Source: a virus
Taxonomy: Duplodnaviria; Heunggongvirae; Uroviricota; Caudoviricetes
DNA: 36,745 bases
IMG/VR virus record: IMGVR_UViG_2703718842_000001
Direction: 5' to 3' (one strand)
Under the pieces are notes generated by a model. That model was not told the origin of the DNA and ran no database searches. It worked only from the letters and a program-made list of their open reading frames with translations. Numbering within the stretch: the stretch's first letter is position 1; each line of letters begins with the position of its first letter. Positions 1 to 9,014 of this stretch are shown here, in pieces. The translations under genes were made by a program, and so were the position numbers.

Positions 1-1254
1 ATGCTGGAACAAATGGGCATTGCCGCGAAGCAAGCCTCGTATAAATTAGCGCAACTCTCCAGCCGCGAAAAAAATCGCGTGCTGGAAAAAATCGCCGATG
101 AACTGGAAGCACAAAGCGAAATCATCCTCAACGCTAACGCCCAGGATGTTGCTGACGCGCGAGCCAATGGCCTTAGCGAAGCGATGCTTGACCGTCTGGC
201 ACTGACGCCCGCACGGCTGAAAGGCATTGCCGACGATGTACGTCAGGTGTGCAACCTCGCCGATCCGGTGGGGCAGGTAATCGATGGCGGCGTACTGGAC
301 AGCGGCCTGCGTCTTGAGCGTCGTCGCGTACCGCTGGGGGTTATTGGCGTGATTTATGAAGCGCGCCCGAACGTGACGGTTGATGTCGCTTCGCTGTGCC
401 TGAAAACCGGTAATGCGGTGATCCTGCGCGGTGGCAAAGAAACGTGTCGCACTAACGCTGCAACGGTGGCGGTGATTCAGGACGCCCTGAAATCCTGCGG
501 CTTACCGGCGGGTGCCGTGCAGGCGATTGATAATCCTGACCGTGCGCTGGTCAGTGAAATGCTGCGTATGGATAAATACATCGACATGCTGATCCCGCGT
601 GGTGGCGCTGGTTTGCATAAACTGTGCCGTGAACAGTCGACAATCCCGGTGATCACAGGTGGTATAGGCGTATGCCATATTTACGTTGATGAAAGTGTAG
701 AGATCGCTGAAGCATTAAAAGTGATCGTCAACGCGAAAACTCAGCGTCCGAGCACATGTAATACGGTTGAAACGTTGCTGGTGAATAAAAACATCGCCGA
801 TAGCTTCCTGCCCGCATTAAGCAAACAAATGGCGGAAAGCGGCGTGACATTACACGCAGATGCAGCTGCACTGGCGCAGTTGCAGGCAGGCCCTGCGAAG
901 GTGGTTGCTGTTAAAGCCGAAGAGTATGACGATGAGTTTCTGTCATTAGATTTGAACGTCAAAATCGTCAGCGATCTTGACGATGCCATCGCCCATATTC
1001 GTGAACACGGCACACAACACTCCGATGCGATCCTGACCCGCGATATGCGCAACGCCCAGCGTTTTGTTAACGAAGTGGATTCGTCCGCTGTTTACGTTAA
1101 CGCCTCTACGCGTTTTACCGACGGCGGCCAGTTTGGTCTGGGTGCGGAAGTGGCGGTAAGCACACAAAAACTCCACGCGCGTGGCCCAATGGGGCTGGAA
1201 GCACTGACCACTTACAAGTGGATCGGCATTGGTGATTACACCATTCGTGCGTAA
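1..1254 (+). CDS. proA: gamma-glutamyl phosphate reductase (glutamate-5-semialdehyde dehydrogenase), complete 417 aa
   Basis: 417-aa ORF starting [13 protein letters not shown], recognisable throughout as enterobacterial ProA; TAA stop at 1252-1254; followed by thrW as in E. coli-type chromosomes. Confidence 0.95.
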
Positions 1255-1260
1255 ATAAAA

Positions 1261-1330
1261 CCGGGTGATGCAAAAGTAGCCATTTGATTCACAAGGCCAT
1301 TGACGCATCGCCCGGTTAGTTTTAACCTTG
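1261..1330 (+). terminator. possible proA terminator (long-loop hairpin plus U-rich tail)
   Basis: 11-bp stem CCGGGTGATGC (1261-1271) pairing with GCATCGCCCGG (1305-1315, one G-U pair) around a ~33-nt loop, followed by TTAGTTTTAA; lies just 3' of proA stop. Confidence 0.35.
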
Positions 1331-1368
1331 CCCACCGTGATTCACGTTCGTGAACATGTCCTTTCAGG

Positions 1369-1444
1369 GCCGATATAGCTCAGTTGGTAGAGCAGCGCAT
1401 TCGTAATGCGAAGGTCGTAGGTTCGACTCCTATTATCGGCACCA
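1369..1444 (+). tRNA. thrW: tRNA-Thr (anticodon CGU)
   Basis: 76-nt GCCGATATAGCTCAGTTGGTAGAGCAGCGCATTCGTAATGCGAAGGTCGTAGGTTCGACTCCTATTATCGGCACCA; anticodon loop TTCGTAA gives CGT; encoded CCA end; D and T-psi-C arms (GGTTCGACTCC) present. Confidence 0.95.
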
Positions 1445-1458
1445 TTTAAATCAATAAG

Positions 1459-2622
1459 TTACACATCATTAGTACCTTCCTTATTTTTTGACTGGGACAA
1501 ATTTGGGACCGATGGGTTCAGGATCGAGTCTATTTGCCGTGCGTGTTCGGTAAGGTGATTAGGTGCAAGGTGAGCATATCGACGAACCATTTCGATAGAC
1601 TCCCAGCCTCCCATTTCCTGTAACACTGACAACGGGACTCCGGCTTGAACCAGCCAACTTGCCCAGGTGTGTCTCAAGTCGTGAAATCTGAAATCATCAA
1701 TACCAGCCCGTCTCAGCGCCGCTTTCCAGGCTGTGTTTGCGTCATACCGCATCTTCCTTACTGTTGGCGCTTTCGTTCCGTCTGGTTTGGTACAGCTTTC
1801 CTTGTACACAAATACCCAACGGTGATGATTCCCGATTTGTTTTTTCAATACGCGACATGCAGTATCATTCAGCGCAACGCCAATTGCGCGGTTTGATTTA
1901 CTCTCTTCCGGGTTTATCCATGCCACCCGGCGCTGCATATCTATTTGTTGCCATTCAAGGTTGATGATGTTCGAGCGTCTTAAGCCTGTTGCCAGTGCAA
2001 ATTCAACAACAGACTTTAATGGCTCCGGACATTCATCAATCAGCCTTTGTGCTTCATGGGGCTCCAGCCAGCGGATCCGTTTATTCTTTGGTTGAGGCAC
2101 TTTAATAATTGGTGCCTTATCCAGCATTTTCCATTCACGCTCTGCGGCTCTTAGTAGGGCCTTTATAAATGAAAGATGCGTAGCCTTCGTTGCAACGGAC
2201 GCTGGTTTTGGCGTGTATTCTGGAACAGGTTTCCCTTTTTTTCTGCATGCTTCTGCCCTGAGTTTCCAGTTTTCCTCATGACGCCGGTTCGTCATTTTCT
2301 GCATTGCTGAATAAATTTTTGATTCAGTAATGTCTCTTAGTTGCATTCCTGCGAAATGTTGAAGCCAGAATCCGATCCGGCTTTTGTCATCGTCCAGTGA
2401 TTTTTTATGTGCTTTCTCTTCAAGCCACCTGACACACGCTTCCTCGAACGTTATATCAGGTATTTCACCAAGTTTGCTGACCCGCCATGCTTCAGCCTTT
2501 AGCTTGTCATGGAGTTCTGTCGCCTGCCTTTTGTCCTTTGTTCCAAGAGACTGTTTAAATCTTTTACCGTTCGGCAATGTGAAACTGGCGTACCATATTT
2601 CACCTCTGCGGAAGAGTGACAT
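1459..2622 (-). CDS. int: tyrosine site-specific integrase, P22 Int-like (thrW-targeting)
   Basis: 387-aa ORF starting [31 protein letters not shown]; C-terminal catalytic region with [16 protein letters not shown] and RYAHL (catalytic Tyr); position immediately 3' of tRNA. Confidence 0.93.
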   Translation of the reverse strand: MSLFRRGEIWYASFTLPNGKRFKQSLGTKDKRQATELHDKLKAEAWRVSKLGEIPDITFEEACVRWLEEKAHKKSLDDDKSRIGFWLQHFAGMQLRDITESKIYSAMQKMTNRRHEENWKLRAEACRKKGKPVPEYTPKPASVATKATHLSFIKALLRAAEREWKMLDKAPIIKVPQPKNKRIRWLEPHEAQRLIDECPEPLKSVVEFALATGLRRSNIINLEWQQIDMQRRVAWINPEESKSNRAIGVALNDTACRVLKKQIGNHHRWVFVYKESCTKPDGTKAPTVRKMRYDANTAWKAALRRAGIDDFRFHDLRHTWASWLVQAGVPLSVLQEMGGWESIEMVRRYAHLAPNHLTEHARQIDSILNPSVPNLSQSKNKEGTNDV

Positions 2623-2849
2623 TTTCTTTCCTCTGTTATGCCATCACCCGCGCTCACCTGGACAGTATGCAGCGGAGATTGAAGAGCCGCAATGCAGGCT
2701 TGTCGTGTTGTGAGGTAAGGAGATTTATTCTTAGTGGGATCTTTGCGTGTTGCCTGAAGACGCCCTGTGCGTATCCAGTTAATGGCAGTCGGTCTGGATA
2801 TCTTGAGAAAATGACAGGCCTCATCGAGTGTGAGGCTGTATGGCTCCAT
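2499..2849 (-). CDS. xis: excisionase (P22 Xis-like), ~117 aa from internal ATG
   Basis: ORF track gives 2499..2933; internal ATG (revcomp of 2847-2849) preceded by GAGG RBS gives [31 protein letters not shown]; 3' end overlaps the int start region. Confidence 0.75.
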   Translation of the reverse strand: MEPYSLTLDEACHFLKISRPTAINWIRTGRLQATRKDPTKNKSPYLTTRQACIAALQSPLHTVQVSAGDGITEERKCHSSAEVKYGTPVSHCRTVKDLNSLLEQRTKGRRQNSMTS

Positions 2850-3154
2850 TATTTCACCTCTTGCTGTGACATTGTTGAGAAATGGATACCAGCTCGTTGC
2901 TGCCAGACGATCCAACCGAGAGTCATATCCCATGCCATGTATTCGTTATCGCCGTTTTTTGCTCTCCGACGATCTACTAAGTCACCAAAACGCTTTTCCA
3001 TGAATAATTCATAAGCTTCGCGTTCATCTGGTTCTACTTCCAGAGATAGGAGTGCGATTTCATAAGCACGGCGCTCAATATCGTCTCGCACGTCAAGGCT
3101 GCTGATACGCTCTTTAATTTCTTTAATCAGTTCTTTGTCGGTAAAAGTGGTCAT
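2849..3154 (-). CDS. hypothetical early-left protein (101 aa, acidic)
   Basis: ORF in operon with xis; its stop shares one base with the xis start (TAATG-type junction); no recognisable motif. Confidence 0.6.
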   Translation of the reverse strand: MTTFTDKELIKEIKERISSLDVRDDIERRAYEIALLSLEVEPDEREAYELFMEKRFGDLVDRRRAKNGDNEYMAWDMTLGWIVWQQRAGIHFSTMSQQEVK

Positions 3155-3516
3155 TATGCTCCAGCCTCCGGTGCTTTTGGCATTACTGCCCAGTGAGTGA
3201 TATTGACGTTTTCAAGGTCCCCGACCTGAAATGTCCACTGCCATTCTCCGGTTTCTTTTTGTCCCCAGGTGTACCAGAGAGAACGCCAGCCAATCAGCCA
3301 GCCTTCTCCGTTAGCATCGAATAACAAAACACTTTCATTTGCTGGTGGCAGTTCAGTTGACACTGGTATTACTTTGTTTTCCAGTGCCGCACATTTAGCT
3401 TCAAGCGCGTCGAATTTACGTACCAGGTACTCAGCATTTGTTTCGTTCACTTTCAGATCTCGCGGTACACATTTCCCGCGAAGAAACCCTTCCATTTCGA
3501 AAACATTCATGCGCAT
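3154..3516 (-). CDS. hypothetical protein, DUF551-like Trp-rich C-terminus (start may be the ATG at 3510)
   Basis: 120-aa ORF; C-terminal GEGWLIGWRSLWYTWGQKETGEWQWTF; the ATG at 3508-3510 forms an ATGA overlap with the upstream gene stop. Confidence 0.6.
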   Translation of the reverse strand: MRMNVFEMEGFLRGKCVPRDLKVNETNAEYLVRKFDALEAKCAALENKVIPVSTELPPANESVLLFDANGEGWLIGWRSLWYTWGQKETGEWQWTFQVGDLENVNITHWAVMPKAPEAGA

Positions 3517-4043
3517 TTGCGTAACTCCGATAACTCGTTAAAACGTTCCATAAACATCCCGTAGGCATGGCTAGGTGCCAGTGGAATCACGTTGAACATC
3601 TCTGTTGCCGGGATGCCTTCCAGTACAGGCCAGAAAGAGCCATCATCAAGCCCGAGATCGCGGCGTTCGGTTGCCAGCATGATAAGATCGGCATATTTCA
3701 CGGGCGTACTCATAACTGGGGGTAACCCGTATTTCTCACGGATTACGGCGTCAATTTTTTCTTCCATCCGTTTATAGTCAGGCAGAAGGCGTTTCAGTGG
3801 AGCGGGAATATCCTGGCAATACGCTTCTGTTGCATCATGCATTAACGCTTCAAAAGCAAATTCCTGCGGCACCAGCTGGCTGCAAAGCACCGCATGTTGG
3901 GCGACACTGTAGAAGTGAGAAAGATGACCGGCAAAGCGGCAGATATTTGAAAGGGAAACCGCGATATCGTTAATCACGATGTCGTCTTTATTTATCTTGT
4001 CATAATAAAAATGCTTCCCGGAAAAAGTTTTAATAAATGACAT
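3507..4043 (-). CDS. HD-domain phosphohydrolase, YfdR-like putative 5'-deoxynucleotidase (178 aa)
   Basis: ATG at revcomp 4041-4043 with GGAG RBS (ORF track start 4070 is GTG); HD motif region ...AQHAVLCSQL...LMHDATEAYCQDIP; length matches CPS-53 YfdR as I recall it. Confidence 0.75.
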   Translation of the reverse strand: MSFIKTFSGKHFYYDKINKDDIVINDIAVSLSNICRFAGHLSHFYSVAQHAVLCSQLVPQEFAFEALMHDATEAYCQDIPAPLKRLLPDYKRMEEKIDAVIREKYGLPPVMSTPVKYADLIMLATERRDLGLDDGSFWPVLEGIPATEMFNVIPLAPSHAYGMFMERFNELSELRKCA

Positions 4044-4170
4044 TTTGTTCTCCACGTATATGCGCTGCACCGCACTGAGTTTGGGTAAAAGGAAGCCCTC
4101 ACCATCCGGTGATTATTGAGTTAATTACGTTTCCATAAATGCCCCCGCAGGGGCATTTGCAGTAATGAAA

Positions 4171-4995
4171 TCAGGCGGTGAAAGTACCAATAAAGGTTTC
4201 TACTTTGCTGTCTTTGAATTTTTCAACAAGCAGATCACGAAATTCGTTAGCCATTTCTTCCTGCACTGCTTCCAGCTGAATAATGCGCAGAACCAGTACA
4301 GGGCGATCACCAGTGATAATGCTGAGGCGTAATTTAAACGGACGTTCTTTCAGGCCTTCAAACGGAACGCATTTAAACTCAAATGCTACTGGCATAATGT
4401 CTTTGGTTTTCGCTTCGACAGACTCCATCAGAGAGCGTTTGCCGCTGAAGTCATTGTCTTCAAAATCAGCGGTCTGGTTTGCTTCAATCGTGATTTTACG
4501 GACCGCCGCAGCCGCTTTTGTTGCCTGAATGGCGTCACCATTAGCATCAAAGCCCACAAGGTAGTCGGCCCAGTCTTCAATCCATTCTGCCAGTGACTTC
4601 TGGGAGTTACGCTCGCCGTTAACAGACAACAGGGCAGAGAACGGTGCTGTCTTTTTCAGTTTGAGAGTGGCGGTGTTATCTGCGTGACCTGGTTCATCAA
4701 TAGTACCCAGGTTAAGCACACTGACGGCACGCATATTATCAGCATCGATAAAGCAGCGGGTGCCTTCATCTGCAAGATCTTTAGAATAACGGGTAAAATC
4801 ATCGATGCTGGCAGTGGAAAGCGCGCCACGGAAACGGAAGCGATTTAAATTAAATTTTTCCAGATCATGAATGCGGAAATTCTCAGGCAATGCCACAGCA
4901 TCGGCACCAATCTTACTGATAATTTCATTAACACCCTGAGCAGAAATAAGGGCATGGATTTGATTAATTGCGGTTGCGTCTAAGTTCTGAGACAT
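4171..4995 (-). CDS. YfdQ-like (DUF2303-type) prophage protein, 274 aa
   Basis: 274-aa ORF starting [21 protein letters not shown]; same size and operon position as YfdQ of cryptic prophage CPS-53 (recalled, not searched). Confidence 0.75.
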   Translation of the reverse strand: MSQNLDATAINQIHALISAQGVNEIISKIGADAVALPENFRIHDLEKFNLNRFRFRGALSTASIDDFTRYSKDLADEGTRCFIDADNMRAVSVLNLGTIDEPGHADNTATLKLKKTAPFSALLSVNGERNSQKSLAEWIEDWADYLVGFDANGDAIQATKAAAAVRKITIEANQTADFEDNDFSGKRSLMESVEAKTKDIMPVAFEFKCVPFEGLKERPFKLRLSIITGDRPVLVLRIIQLEAVQEEMANEFRDLLVEKFKDSKVETFIGTFTA

Positions 4996-5060
4996 AATAA
5001 GTCCTCACTATATAAAGATATTCAGTGATGAGATAAATAATCAGTTAATTAAGAACGATA

Positions 5061-5423
5061 TTAATGACCTGCTGCGCGTAGTTTTCCGTCAGGTTCACCG
5101 GCAAGAGTCAGTAATTGTCCCTGGTCTTCCTGCAGAATAGTCAGGCGACCACCGCGATTGACATACATCGGCGTTTCGGTGGTGTCTTCTTCGGAAATTT
5201 TCCCGCGGTTAGTCGGGCGAACATATGAGAGTTTGTGTTTGATTTTCACACGGTTCTCATCAAATGGTTCGATTTCCAGGTTGAGTGAGACCTTACCTTT
5301 GGTTTTCGTGTTCATCACACCGGAAGCGACTTCACTGAGAACTGCGCCGATTTTGGTTTCAAATACGCCGCCGTCCAGCTCCCCGATAAATGCCTGCACA
5401 TCAGTACTGCGTTCGCTAGCCAT
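5061..5423 (-). CDS. YfdP-like prophage protein (~120 aa from ATG at 5423)
   Basis: ORF track 5061..5654 (197 aa), but the N-terminal 70 aa look non-coding; ATG at revcomp 5421-5423 (MASERSTDVQAFIGELDGG) is preceded by a GAGGA RBS; alternative starts 5438/5441. Confidence 0.65.
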   Translation of the reverse strand: MASERSTDVQAFIGELDGGVFETKIGAVLSEVASGVMNTKTKGKVSLNLEIEPFDENRVKIKHKLSYVRPTNRGKISEEDTTETPMYVNRGGRLTILQEDQGQLLTLAGEPDGKLRAAGH

Positions 5424-6031
5424 TTTGCTGTTCCTCATCATATCGACCCTGCAAGGTCGGTTGGTTTCTCCACAAAACAGAGAAGAACACCTGCGGTGGC
5501 AGCCGCCCGGATGGATTGGGTTATGAGCCCGTCGTCCGGTGATGCTCTTCTCTGTTTTGTAAAAAGAGCGGTACCAGCCGGAAGCAAGTGTACAAACTGG
5601 TACCGCCAAAGCAGTGGCTGTTGTGGTGGGGTTGTCACTCAGGCGTATGGTCAACCTGACAATCCGGTGTCCTCAACGGGGAAAGAGTAACCCCGCCATA
5701 CTTACCGCCGCGCCATTTCGCGGATTACCACAACGCTGAGAGCACTTAGCCAGTTACGGCACCACACTTTGTCGCGGCTCCATAAATGCCCTCATCGTTG
5801 CACCCTGGTCTCTTCCCAGGCGTCAAACCGAATCGCCACGCTGGTTAGGCGTCTTATCAGCATCATCATTGACTTGCACATTCCGGCTACCTGGTTTGTT
5901 TGCCCGAGCAAGGAGTGGATTGTCCCCTTTAACGTCCCCAGACCGCTAACGACGCATGTGCCATACGCCGTGTTACAACCAAATTTTGTTAGTACCTTGT
6001 TTGTTTGTCTGGAAAGAAAGATAAAATGAAG

Positions 6032-6070
6032 TTGCGCATTATGCAAGTGTTTTTGTTGCGAGATATGCAA
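6032..6070. promoter_or_regulatory. candidate OL operators / PL region (two 15-bp TTGCG-N5-TGCAA sites)
   Basis: TTGCGCATTATGCAA (6032-6046) and TTGCGAGATATGCAA (6056-6070) closely resemble TTGCGCGTTAAGCAA in the cI-cro intergenic region; located left of the repressor gene. Confidence 0.4.
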
Positions 6071-6080
6071 TTTAAAGGGT

Positions 6081-6104
6081 AATGAAAAGCCACCTTTGGG
6101 TGGC
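6081..6104 (-). terminator. rho-independent terminator downstream of cI-like gene
   Basis: stem GCCACC/GGTGGC (6089-6094/6099-6104), loop TTTG; on the minus strand followed by UUUUC; 22 bp beyond the cI stop. Confidence 0.5.
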
Positions 6105-6125
6105 TAATTGATGAGGAGGTAAGGG

Positions 6126-6818
6126 TTAATTGTGTCGCTTAAGGGTTTGTGACTGGCTGATTAAGACCTTTCCAAAGACCATAAACCGGTGTTCATTTTC
6201 GCTGGTAATTCCCCATTCACGGTAAATCTGGTTATCAGAAATCACCAGTAGTTTGTCAGGTATCATTTGCAGTCGTTTGACATAAATTTTATCATCAAAA
6301 CCAAATACATAGATACCATCTCCATCAAACTGATTGATACTGACATCAACGAAGATGAGATCTCCTGGCTCAATGGTTGGACACATACTGTCCCCACGAA
6401 CGTTGATAACTTTAATGTGATTGGCTGGCCGTCCGCCAAACATCGATACAGCATTATCAGTTCTGTATTCAATGGCATGAATCACATCAATGACATCACC
6501 GCCCTGGATAAGGCCATTTCCCGCACTGGCACTGACATCCAGCATTTCAATACGGAATACATCCTTCACCTGCGCAACATCCTCACTAATACTGTTTTTA
6601 CATACAGTATTACTTTTGACGTCTGAGGTAAAGAGATCAGCAATATCAACACCTAAGCTCCTGGCAATATTACTCAGGGCTTGTTCAGTGAATTGTTTCT
6701 GCTTACCTGTTTCCAGGCGTGAGATATTCGCCGCATCCACTCCTATTGCTTCAGCGAGATCGGCGATTTTCATGTTCTTCGCCTGGCGAAGTTGTCTGAC
6801 TCGGTTTCCTATGTTCAT
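6126..6818 (-). CDS. cI: CI-like prophage repressor (XRE-type HTH + S24 LexA-like peptidase domain), 230 aa
   Basis: N-terminal HTH (VRQLRQAKNMKIADLAEAIGVDAANISRLETGK); C-terminal S24 region with VRGDSM (Ser nucleophile) and YVKRL (Lys); divergent from a Cro-like gene. Confidence 0.9.
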   Translation of the reverse strand: MNIGNRVRQLRQAKNMKIADLAEAIGVDAANISRLETGKQKQFTEQALSNIARSLGVDIADLFTSDVKSNTVCKNSISEDVAQVKDVFRIEMLDVSASAGNGLIQGGDVIDVIHAIEYRTDNAVSMFGGRPANHIKVINVRGDSMCPTIEPGDLIFVDVSINQFDGDGIYVFGFDDKIYVKRLQMIPDKLLVISDNQIYREWGITSENEHRFMVFGKVLISQSQTLKRHN

Positions 6819-6838
6819 GCGTTTATTACATTTCTTTA

Positions 6839-6898
6839 TTGCGCGTTAAGCAAATCAACTTGCGCAAAATATTTGCGTGAAATAATATGCTCATCACG
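6839..6898. promoter_or_regulatory. candidate OR operators with PRM/PR (cI-cro intergenic region)
   Basis: TTGCGCGTTAAGCAA (6839-6853); palindrome TTGCGCAA (6860-6867) inside CGCAAAATATTTGCG (6863-6877, 6-bp inverted arms); GCGTGA..TCACGC inverted repeat (6875-6898); lies between divergent cI and cro starts. Confidence 0.5.
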
Positions 6899-6915
6899 CA
6901 ATATGTGGAGGTCAT

Positions 6916-7176
6916 ATGCAATCACCATTACGGAATGTGCGTAAGGCGCACGGATTTACTTTGCAGCATGTTGCTGCTGGCGTTCAGGTCAATCCAGCGA
7001 CGCTGAGTCGTATTGAAAGACTGGAACAAATTCCATCTATAGATCTTGCAGAACGTCTGGCCAATTTTTTTAAGGGTGAAATCAGCGAAATGCAGATTCT
7101 TTATCCGGCACGTTTTCAATCTAGCCAAAACCAGAATGGGTTTAAACCACAGGAACAGGAGGTAAGCCGTGGGTAA
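6916..7176 (+). CDS. cro: Cro-like HTH regulator (86 aa)
   Basis: ATG 6916 with GGAG RBS; XRE-type HTH (GFTLQHVAAGVQVNPATLSRIERLEQIPSIDLAERLANFF); first gene of rightward operon opposite repressor. Confidence 0.75.
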   Translation: MQSPLRNVRKAHGFTLQHVAAGVQVNPATLSRIERLEQIPSIDLAERLANFFKGEISEMQILYPARFQSSQNQNGFKPQEQEVSRG

Positions 7177-7726
7177 TCATCACTGGAAAGTGGAAAAACA
7201 GCCTGAGTGGTACGTGAAAGCTGTCAGAAAAACTATCGCGGCGTTGCCGGGGGGTTACGCTGAAGCTGCTGAGTGGCTGGATGTAACAGAGAACGCATTA
7301 TTTAACCGCCTTCGTGCCGATGGCGATCAGATTTTCCCGCTGGGATGGGCAATGATTTTACAACGTGCTGGTGGCACTCACTTCATTGCTGACGCTGTGG
7401 CGCAGTCTGCAAATGGCGTCTTTGTGTCTCTTCCTGACGTCGAGGATGTGGACAATGCCGATATTAACCAGCGTTTACTGGAAGTCATTGAACAGATCGG
7501 CAGTTATTCAAAACAGATTCGTTCGGCAATCGAAGACGGTGTAGTGGAACCGCATGAGAAGACAGCAATTAACGACGAGCTGTACCTCTCAATTTCGAAG
7601 CTGCAGGAGCATGCAGCACTTGTCTACAAAATTTTTTGCGTTTCAGAAAGTAATGACGCCCGCGAGTGTGCAGCTCCGGGCGTCGTGGCGTCGATTGCTT
7701 CTGGTTGTGGAGAAACTAACGCATGA
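7169..7726 (+). CDS. hypothetical early protein at the CII position (185 aa)
   Basis: GTG start 7169 with strong AGGAGG RBS at 7155-7160; overlaps cro stop; no motif recognised (possibly CII/YdaT-like, unverified). Confidence 0.55.
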   Translation: MGNHHWKVEKQPEWYVKAVRKTIAALPGGYAEAAEWLDVTENALFNRLRADGDQIFPLGWAMILQRAGGTHFIADAVAQSANGVFVSLPDVEDVDNADINQRLLEVIEQIGSYSKQIRSAIEDGVVEPHEKTAINDELYLSISKLQEHAALVYKIFCVSESNDARECAAPGVVASIASGCGETNA

Positions 7727-8061
7727 ACAGTTTAACAACACACTACCGTCGCTCGCAACTGATTGCGCTTCCTGTACCGGGTGGAAAAGCGAAGGTGGAG
7801 TATTGCTATGCAGTAAATGTACCAGGTGACAGGGAAATTGTAACCCACAGCTTTGCTGAGTGGGCTGTGGGGGATTTCAACCGGCAGAAGGAGACAGTCC
7901 TTTGCGACAAGTTAACCGCTGGTTCAAAGATCACTACGGAGTGCCCGTCAGAGTCATTCGTTGGGAGCCGGAAACACAACGGGTTATCTACCTCCGCGAA
8001 GGCTATGAGCATGAGTGCTTCAGCCCGCTCGAACAGTTTCGTCGTAAATTCAGGGAAGTAG
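7723..8061 (+). CDS. hypothetical protein; reading frame uncertain (see finding on overlapping frames)
   Basis: ATG 7723 in ATGA overlap with upstream stop; N-terminal half looks protein-like, C-terminal half is Ser-rich low complexity, while an overlapping frame (7860..8081) reads protein-like in its second half. Confidence 0.3.
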   Translation: MNSLTTHYRRSQLIALPVPGGKAKVEYCYAVNVPGDREIVTHSFAEWAVGDFNRQKETVLCDKLTAGSKITTECPSESFVGSRKHNGLSTSAKAMSMSASARSNSFVVNSGK

Positions 8062-8070
8062 AGGTCGGTC

Positions 8071-9012
8071 ATGAGCACTAAATTAACCGGCTATGTATGG
8101 GATGGTTGCGCTGCATCAGGCATGAAATTATCCAGCGTGGCAATTATGGCCCGCCTGGCTGATTTCAGTAATGACGAAGGTGTGTGCTGGCCATCAATTG
8201 AAACCATTGCCCGCCAGATTGGCGCGGGGATGAGTACCGTCAGAACGGCTATCGCACGGCTGGAAGCAGAAGGCTGGTTAACGCGTAAGGCGCGTCGCCA
8301 GGGTAACCGCAATGCGTCGAATGTTTATCAGCTTAACGTTGCGAAGCTTCAGGCAGCGGCATTTTCTCAACTGTCAGATTCTGACCCGTCAAAATCTGAC
8401 GCATCAAAATCTGACCCGTCAAAATTTGATGCGTCGAAATCTGGCAAAAAAGCGGGTTTTCACCCGTCAGAATCTGGTGGGGATCCGTCAGTAAAATCAA
8501 AACATGATCCGTCAGATAAAAAAACTTCTCGTCCGGACGCTTCGCAACCGGACACGCAGACGGCTGAACAGGATTTTTTAACTCGCCATCCTGATGCGGT
8601 TGTATTCAGCCCTAAAAAGCGCCAGTGGGGAACGCAGGATGATTTGACCTGTGCACAGTGGCTCTGGAAAAAAATCATTGCCCTGTACGAGCAGGCCGCC
8701 GAATGTGACGGCGAGGTGGTTCGTCCCAAAGAACCGAACTGGACAGCCTGGGCAAACGAAATTCGCCTGATGTGTGTGCAGGATGGTCGTACTCACAAAC
8801 AAATCTGCGAGATGTACAGCCGCGTCAGCCGCGATCCGTTCTGGTGCCGTAACGTGCTCAGCCCGTCGAAGTTGCGGGAAAAATGGGATGAGCTTTCCCT
8901 GCGCTTATCGCCGTCCGTCAGCACGTACACCGAAAAACGCGAAGACCCGTACTTCAAAGCCAGTTACGACAACGTGGACTACAGCCAGATCCCGGCAGGA
9001 TTCAGGGGGTGA
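8071..9012 (+). CDS. replication initiation protein, lambda O-like architecture (313 aa)
   Basis: N-terminal wHTH-like DNA-binding region; central linker encoded by direct DNA repeats (peptide SDSDPSKSDASKSDPSKFDASKSGKK); position after cro/CII-like genes. Confidence 0.75.
   Translation: MSTKLTGYVWDGCAASGMKLSSVAIMARLADFSNDEGVCWPSIETIARQIGAGMSTVRTAIARLEAEGWLTRKARRQGNRNASNVYQLNVAKLQAAAFSQLSDSDPSKSDASKSDPSKFDASKSGKKAGFHPSESGGDPSVKSKHDPSDKKTSRPDASQPDTQTAEQDFLTRHPDAVVFSPKKRQWGTQDDLTCAQWLWKKIIALYEQAAECDGEVVRPKEPNWTAWANEIRLMCVQDGRTHKQICEMYSRVSRDPFWCRNVLSPSKLREKWDELSLRLSPSVSTYTEKREDPYFKASYDNVDYSQIPAGFRG
8374..8520. repeat. iteron array / candidate replication origin inside the initiator gene
   Basis: four to five 15-bp direct repeats (TCAAAATCTGAC-type, unit starts 8389, 8404, 8419, 8434) followed by further CCGTCAG motifs (8464, 8484, 8509) and an A-rich stretch. 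Confidence 0.55.
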
Positions 9013-9014
9013 TC

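Noticed and set aside
741-1335. Minus-strand ORFs 741..1052 and 946..1335 overlapping proA
   Set aside because: Antisense to a well-supported conserved gene; Ser/Arg/Cys-rich junk-like composition; no RBS; typical shadow ORFs.
5769-6070. ORFs 5769..6029 (+) and 5792..6070 (-) in the PL-proximal interval
   Set aside because: No convincing RBS, odd composition, and they overlap the candidate operator sites; treated as non-coding, though a small gene cannot be fully excluded.
8374-8520. Direct repeats considered as a possible CRISPR array
   Set aside because: Repeats are short (15 bp), contiguous without spacers, lie inside a coding sequence and fit the iteron/origin pattern of O-like initiators; no cas genes nearby.
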